From Bugula neritina (lineage: Eukaryota > Animalia > Bryozoa): 64,000 bases of DNA. How positions within the stretch are numbered: the stretch's first letter is position 1; every line of letters starts with the position of its first letter. Shown one piece after another: positions 57,101 through 64,000 of the stretch. Location: positions 30,680,773-30,744,772 of the forward strand of contig OZ037766.1 of assembly GCA_964035545.1 (NCBI GenBank). The letters run 5' to 3'. The notes under the pieces are model-generated. The model was not told where the DNA came from, did not search any database, and saw nothing but the letters and a program-made list of their open reading frames with translations. The position numbers and the translations under genes are program-made.

Positions 57101-59225
57101 GGTGTCTTTGTCCAGGCATCCACTCTCGGATCCATGGAGGCACTTTTAGAGTATCTGCGTTCCGTTAAAGTTCCAGTAAGTCGCCTTAAACTAGCTTGAC
57201 AAATAGGTATTTGTGTGTAAGTGATAGGCATAAGTAGGGTATTGTGTGCAAGTAGGGTGGTGGTGTGTAAGTAGAGTGTTGTGTGCAAGTAGGGTGGTGG
57301 TGTGTAAGTAGAGTGTTGTGTGTAAGTAGGGTGTTGTGTGTAAGCTATATTTTTGGTTAAATTGAAGCATGTAGTAAGATGTAAATATATAGTTATATGC
57401 ATTTTTGTAGCTGCAACAGTAGTGGTGTATATACTGTAGTATGCAGGTATAAATATTAGTACATATGCTGTAGTATAAATATTGGTCTATATGTTGTAGT
57501 ATGCAGGCATAAATATTGGACTATATATTGTAGTATGCCGGTATAAATATTGGACTATATGTTGTAGTATGCGGGTATAAATATTGGACTATATGTTGTA
57601 GTATGCGGGTATAAATATTGGACTATATGTTGTAGTATGCAGGTATAAATATTGGTCTATATATTGTAGTATGCAGGTATAAATATTGGTCTATATATTG
57701 TAGTATGCAGGTATAAATATTGGACTATATGTTGTAGTATGCAGGCATAAATATTGGACTATATATTGTAGTATGCAGGTATAAATATTGGACTATATAT
57801 TGTAGTATGCAGGCATAAATATTGGACTATATATTGTAGTATGCAGGTATAAATATTGGACTATATATTGTAGTATGCAGGTATAAATATCGGTCCTGTC
57901 CACAAGAAAGATGTAATGAAGGCATCAGTGATGGTGGAACACGGAGAACCTCAGTGAGTATTACCAGATTGTGACTGTTGAACTGTAATAGGTTGTTGGG
58001 AACTAACGAAGTTGATGTAGGAATTTCCTGCCGGTCTATTTTTAAGTTGATGAACCAACTAGCTTGTTGCCTTTTTACAGAAAACCTTGTCCTTGCAACT
58101 ACTGGTGTTTTGGCCTTTTACTATTAGTTTGTCTATAGTTGCAGTGTTTATAGTAGATGACTTTAGACTTCATTCACTATAACTGTATGCTATATAATTC
58201 TCCTTCATGCATACCTCTACATACTATACTCAGGTATGCAACTATATATACTATATATACTATACTCAGGTATGCAACTATATATAATATATATAATATA
58301 CTCAGGTATGCAACTATACTGGCATTTGACGTGAAGGTAGAGAGAGATGCCAACGAACTTGCCGATAATCTGGGAGTGAAAATATTTACTGCTGACATAA
58401 TCTACCATCTGTTTGACGCGTTTACTAGTTATCAGGTAAGTGGAATATCTCCTGCCTTCTGTGTGTCACACGACCTCTAGACTATGTATACCTGTGTGTA
58501 TAGTACCTTGCGCGTGTTACAGGAAGAGCTCATAGAGAGAGGCAGAAGAGAGAATAACCATTTGAAGGTGTTTCCATGTAAACTTAGGATTCTGCCCCAG
58601 TATATATTTAACTCTAGGGATCCCATAATAATGGGAGTCAGCGTAGAAGCAGGTTTTCTCTCTAATGGAACCCCCATTTGTGTACCAGACAAGGAGGTGG
58701 GTCTTGGTTGTGTTTTATTGGTACAACATAACGTGTTGGCTTTGTTTAATTAGTAAAAATATACAAATCATTGTAACAGAATGATTCCTATTCAAATGTA
58801 ATGTACCGTTTGATAATTATTCTAAAAATTAATGGCCACTGTCTTTTATGCTGTTTATAGTTTGCAATGCTTGGGATAGTCACTTCCATAGAGAAGGAGA
58901 ATAAAACAATGGAAAGGGCACAGAAAGGAATGGAAGTCTGTATTAAAATAGAGAATACACCCGGCCAGGCCCCTCGACTCTACGGTAGACACTTTGACGA
59001 AAAGGATATTTTAGTTAGCAAGGTGTGCGAATATACCATCTCTAACAAATGTACGATTAACAATTCAAGTAACTGACAACTCCTAAGATCCCAAACCTGA
59101 CCTGTTCTTGTTTGTAGATATCGAGAGAATCTATAGATGCTGTAAAGAAATACTGGAAGAAAGACATGTCCAAAGATGACTGGAAATTGATCATAGAGTT
59201 GAAGAAGACCTTTGAGATTATGTGA
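47936..59225 (+). CDS. EIF5B: Eukaryotic translation initiation factor 5B
   Basis: Starts [10 protein letters not shown] (47936). Long K/E/D-rich N-terminus, [84 protein letters not shown], ends LKKTFEIM*. More than 20 GT-AG exons. Confidence 0.97.
53890..54125. repeat. Intronic minisatellite, ~38-nt unit x ~6
   Basis: ATATCATATAGATACAGACAGTAGTTAGGTGTAT. Confidence 0.9.
54795..55012. repeat. Low-complexity intronic repeat (ACTATTC/ACTAGTC/ACTC units)
   Basis: Fills a whole eIF5B intron; 4- and 7-nt units. Confidence 0.8.
56118..56295. repeat. Intronic minisatellite, 28-nt unit x 6
   Basis: CTTAGACTCTATACTAATACATGTTATA. Confidence 0.93.
56500..56680. repeat. Intronic minisatellite, 22-nt unit x 8
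   Basis: TCCTAGGTAGCAGTAGTATATG; each unit contains AG|GT. Confidence 0.95.
57210..57345. repeat. Intronic minisatellite, ~19-20-nt unit x 6
   Basis: GTGTGTAAGTAGGGTGTT variants. Confidence 0.88.
57434..57893 (+). repeat. 34-nt array x ~14 duplicating an acceptor plus the first 20 nt of an eIF5B exon
   Basis: TGTAG|TATGCAGGTATAAATATTGGACTATATAT; only the last copy (exon starts 57874) continues [14 protein letters not shown]. Confidence 0.97.
58222..58320 (+). repeat. 36-nt repeat x 3 duplicating an acceptor plus exon start
   Basis: ATACTCAG|GTATGCAACTATA with AG ending at 58233, 58269 and 58305. Confidence 0.95.
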
Positions 59226-60185
59226 GGAGATAAGCTAAATGAGAGCTACTTAGCACCTTGTGACAACTGCCTTCATTGGATAGCAGGTGCTACGTTGACC
59301 AATGAGAAGGAGCTACTTAGCATAACGTAAACATTATTGACTTGCCTCTTTATCTTAATTGGGCTTGCTCTTTTTACTAGTTTTATGGTCACCGCTATTT
59401 GTCTTCATGATTACAATTGATTGTGTAATCAGTAAAATGAACAGTGACTTCTAAAATGACTGTAAAAGTATTTAGCAGTTGAGATCTGATAGATTTATGT
59501 GTTGCTAATTTTTGAAACTTCTCTATTTATTTTGAGGTTGCTCACTGTCCTCATGTGCTTTTTATTCGAAATAATTTCATTCCTCGAGTCTTATTCATTA
59601 GCTTGTTAGCTACCATCATACACAAATATAATTTTAAAATTATGCTATATATCCTAATACAGCCTGCTATTGTCGAATATGAATATTATTTGGTTTATAT
59701 CACTACAGGAGTTGTCTCACTTTCATTCTACACGAGCAGACAACTGCAAATATTTAGTAAAAATCATGAGAGTAATTGTGTATATAAGAACTCGAGTAAT
59801 GCACTGTTGGCGGCTATGAACAGCACAATCAGGTAGTTTGGTACGCTTGCACTTACAAATAATATGCAAACAAAACAAGAAGCTGTGCAATTTGTAAAAA
59901 AATTATTTTGTGCCTAAACTAAAACTTTGTGAAATTGAATCCATGTCATAATTGAAATTTCAGTTATAAGTATAAAATATTCAAATATTATTAATACACA
60001 TGTAAGCTTAGAAATAGTTCACAAGTGACGGGTGGCTACAATCCCTACAGCATTTATAGCATAAAACAGATATGGAACTGGAGGCTAGAGTCAGTGTCAG
60101 CATGCAAACCTGAAACTAAAAGCTCATACTAAAGTATCCACAATAGTAACATGAAAGGGGATAACTCCCAGTTTGGTATTCAGCT

Positions 60186-63073
60186 TCAAGATTCCATCTC
60201 TCCCCCTCCCTGGACGAGAGGTCTAGCATATTCCACAAAGTCATCTATAAGTACTGGCCATGCACCTGAAACAACACAACAGTTTACAACTACATGGGTA
60301 CATTGTTACATATGTCTGCCCACAGATACACTTGACCTCAATAAAGTGGACAACTCCCAAATGTATGCAAATAGTTTGATAAATAAATATACCCTTCCAT
60401 ATAGAGCTGAATGGATTAAGAGTTACATGAGAGAAAACTTTAGCATATTTCCTTAAATTGAAAGAAGGGGGGGGGGGGGTATACACACCTTCCTCATCAT
60501 AGTTAGACATGGTTTCATTGATAATATTTGAGAAATCCAATAGTAAGTACCAGGTGTCTTTGGGTATACTTCTTTTATGGTGTTCCTACAGACATAGAAA
60601 GTAAACTTGATAGTAGTAGAAGTAGTAGAGAGTTTAATGGTTAACACCCAATATTCTACCCTTTGTTCTGTTTTAGTTAGGGTTATAACAAATCTACCTG
60701 CAGTGAGTGTAGCGGTATATAGTAATGTATAGTAGCTAGTAAGTATAACAGATATACTTACAGTAAGAAATGTGCACCAGAGATTTAAGAATCTAAACCT
60801 TCCTTTCATTACTATATTCCAGTAAGCGAGGGCGACATCCAAATCTACCAGACAGAAACAGTCATACATTCTATTATATACCAATTATACAGTATATACA
60901 AATTACACAGTGTATACTAACTATACAGTATATACTAACAGTACAATACTATATACTAACAGTACAGCAGTCACTGTTGAGACATTTTATGAAAGGACAA
61001 AATAAAACCAGTAGAGGTAATGGCGCTAACAGTAGAATAAATATAGCCCACATTTAAACTATTATTGAAATAATTTTTCTACTAGCCAAAACCTTATACA
61101 TTGTCTAACGGAATGAAACTCATGGCACCAGGAATAGAGAGTTTGTATGAAGAGCATTGAATAATAATATTATAGTAAAACTGCTAAACCATTTCTTAAG
61201 AATGCTATGGTATGAATAAACATATAATTTATCAATCACTGAAACTGCAAACAAATTAATAGTTGAACAACTGAATTCCTCACCCAATCCTTTCTGTCCA
61301 GCATTTTTAGCATAATTAAATGTGAAATGGTAGAACTGACGAAATTTGGACAGATCTGATATTTCTGTTTCGAGAGCGTGAAACTTTGATTTTAATTTCT
61401 CAATGCTGTCACACCTACAAAACAAAATCCACATAACACAATGCTTCACCAACATGGCACACTGGGAGAATATGTTGAACTTTAGAATGGTTCATTTAAG
61501 ACACAGTGGGAAGCCAGAAAACTCTGCAGCTTTTCTCACTCCACGGTAAATGTCACTTTTTAATATGACTATTCACAGGATATGATGTTTTAGGAACATG
61601 CTATTGGCACAGCTTGCATAACACTCTTAGCATCACTAAGCTATCTGGTATGTAATACCATAGCTAGTTGAATTTACACTGAGTGTAGCTTTAACATTGC
61701 TTATTCAATAAACTTTACTTAAAAGCATGATGTATATTCTTTTCTTTAAACTGGTGTTCAAATCCAAAGTAACATTGGTCTGTAGCACTTTTTCATAAAT
61801 TTGACTTTTGAAAAAGGCAAATTTATGAAAATATCATTTATTTACATTAGTATCATGAAACTTTTAATTGCTTTGTTGAAAGTTGTTTTGTAAAATACAT
61901 TCCATTTGACATGACAAATTAATTAGTTTAAAAATTAAAAATGAGTTGAATATGTATTACCCAATCTCCACCATGCCTCTCATAAACTCTTCTTTAGTGA
62001 ATTCACACTGTTTACTGGCTTGAAACTTCCATGCTATGACTAAGACTAACAAGTTGTCAGGAGTTAGCTCCATATCTTCCAAAAACTTCATGACTCCATT
62101 GGCTGTCATTTTGGTAGAATCTCTTTCATCTGCAATAATATTTATTATATAATATTATAATATAAAAAGCAGCAACAGCTGAAATTTCAATATAGGAAGT
62201 TAATGACAAAATTAACAAAAAAATATCTATTTGACCTTTGTAGCGAGAAAAGAGGTGTTCTAGTTTGGCTCGATCCACTGTGCTCCGTGATGAACTGTGA
62301 GAAGAAGATTGAGAGTACCTATCAGCGTGCTGAAAGTAGTGGTCAATTGCTTGGTCTACCTTCCAGTCAAATGATGTGAGACACTGTAGAGCCACCCTCT
62401 CAGCAGCGTGTGTGAATGACATAAACTGCCTTAGTTTGTCTTTCTGTGATGACTTCAACTTTGCTGACTTGAAGTATACATCAAATAGTGTAATGCAGCA
62501 TAGAGAAGCTTAAAATAAAGTGAAGGAGACCAATTAGGTTGCTTTTGCTAAAATAAATTGTATAAATTTATTTATAAACATAAAGTTATGATTATAATTA
62601 AGTTTAACTATTAGTATTAGCATTAGCCATTACTATAAGTAGAACTATAAGATTAAGTATAGGTAATCAGTGAAATTCTACTATAACCTATAACTTATAC
62701 ATATAAGTATAACTAGTAATATCACCAATAGTATCACTATTATTAAATTAATATACTGATATCAATATTACCTTTAGCCTTAAGTTTACTTGTTAACTGT
62801 TGAGGAATATTAAATTTAATATTAATAACAATAATAATATTATTAAAAATATTAATATAGATATAGCGATGGCCCATAATTACTACTGGTAGTAGTACTA
62901 GACAAAGTATGAAAGTTACACTTAAAGTTTCTTCGACACCAACATGAATATTAAATAATCACCAGTCTCAGTGAATGTAATTTGTATTTAAATTCAACGT
63001 TTCGGGGAAACTCAAACTACATCACTGTCAGAATGAGAGTGAGAATGAGAGTCAGAGTGAGAGTGCTTACCAT
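60186..63073 (-). CDS. DCUN1D1: DCN1-like neddylation E3 (UBA + PONY domain), DCUN1D1/2 type
   Basis: Exons (minus): 63073-63071 (ATG only), 62467-62236, 62129-61961, 61414-61284, 60844-60762, 60585-60489, 60265-60186. [69 protein letters not shown]. Confidence 0.95.
62580..63068. other. 6-bp-phased A[CG]T tract in DCN1 intron 1
   Basis: 63032-63064 AAT gag AGT gag AAT gag AGT cag AGT gag AGT, with similar runs at 62600-62780. Confidence 0.75.
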
Positions 63074-64000
63074 TTTGTTTTTGTTTTTCGTTTATTACTA
63101 TTATTATTCTACCGATTTAAACTCGAAACTGGTCCGTATATTTTCAAGCAAAGTATTGAAAGCTTATTTTACATAATAGTATATTACAAAAGAGAGTGTG
63201 GTGAAATACTAAAATTAAAATCTCAGCTTGAGAATGATAGATAGTCCAAAGCTATCAGACTGTTGCAAAATCACAAAGTGATACCAGAAACGCAGTAAAT
63301 CTTCAAGCCGATAAATAAATACGAATTTTTCGTGCCATGCACGATAACGTTAAAATGTAAATATATTTTTTCGACTATTTTCAAAACGAAAGTACGCCCT
63401 TGATTTTCTAGGTTCACGTGCCATTTGTTTAGTAAACATACACGCATGTCACTGGTGTTAAAAAACCACAATGGCTGCAATAGTTACAATTATGAAAACC
63501 ACTAAATTTAAACTTGAGCATATTAAATAAATGTTTCATGAAGTATTTAGTAGTTTTTGTTACTGCAATTGACACTTAGCATTGCAATGGTGCAATGGCA
63601 GCATATTTTTAGTAAATATACTACACTTGTCTCAAAATAACAATGATGATTCATAACACAATGCATTATTTTTATATCAACTCCATGCTCATCATCAGCA
63701 ATACTATGTTTGGTTTCTAAAAAAGGCATTAAGTTTATGTCCATCATTGAAAAGCAGTGAACCTTAAATAATTCAAACTAAAAATTCATCAAACAAGTCA
63801 TGCAGTTATATTCGTCACATATATTAAATATTTGAGTTGCACTTATTTCAGCTCTAACTTGTATGCACTGATTGATAATGTTGAACAAATAAAAACTGTA
63901 CAAGCAGCTTCCTGAAGTTAAAATATAATTGACATATAGGCTATTTATCACATTCATTAGTGATATAATTATGAATATGAAATAATTTGACGTACATCTA

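Noticed and set aside
59250-59295. Hairpin after the eIF5B TGA stop as a SECIS/readthrough element
   Set aside because: Too short for SECIS geometry, and the TGA falls at the normal eIF5B C-terminus.
60186-63073. Possible U12-type introns in DCN1 or other genes
   Set aside because: No donor I reconstructed matches [GA]TATCCTT; the weak AAG acceptors (62468, 21198) are still ordinary GT-AG introns.

Overview
AT-rich, intron-containing animal genomic DNA. It is probably a lophotrochozoan invertebrate, inferred from the nuclear-receptor type and an Mtl-type GTPase; the species cannot be read from the sequence. Eight spliced protein-coding genes were reconstructed by hand: a divergent NR1-type nuclear receptor (-, runs off the left edge), Mtl/MIG-2-like Rho GTPase (+), DDX3/PL10 (+), a CTR/SLC31 copper transporter (+), a small secreted 4-Cys Kazal inhibitor missing from the ORF track (+), HS6ST (+), eIF5B (+) and DCN1/DCUN1D1 (-). 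There are also MITE/SINE remnants and possibly one or two unannotated transcripts at 11-15 kb. Two non-coding patterns stand out. (1) The 0.4-2.7 kb just downstream of each inferred promoter, except that of the Kazal gene, is a strand-symmetric array of A[C/G]T triplets phased every 6 bp with variable spacers; I did not see this in internal introns. (2) Internal introns carry about 20 unrelated, locally born minisatellites, several of which copy the splice junction itself and create stacks of decoy or recursive AG|GT sites. Most short ORFs in the track are artefacts of introns and these repeats. Coordinates were derived by eye and TSS positions are inferred.
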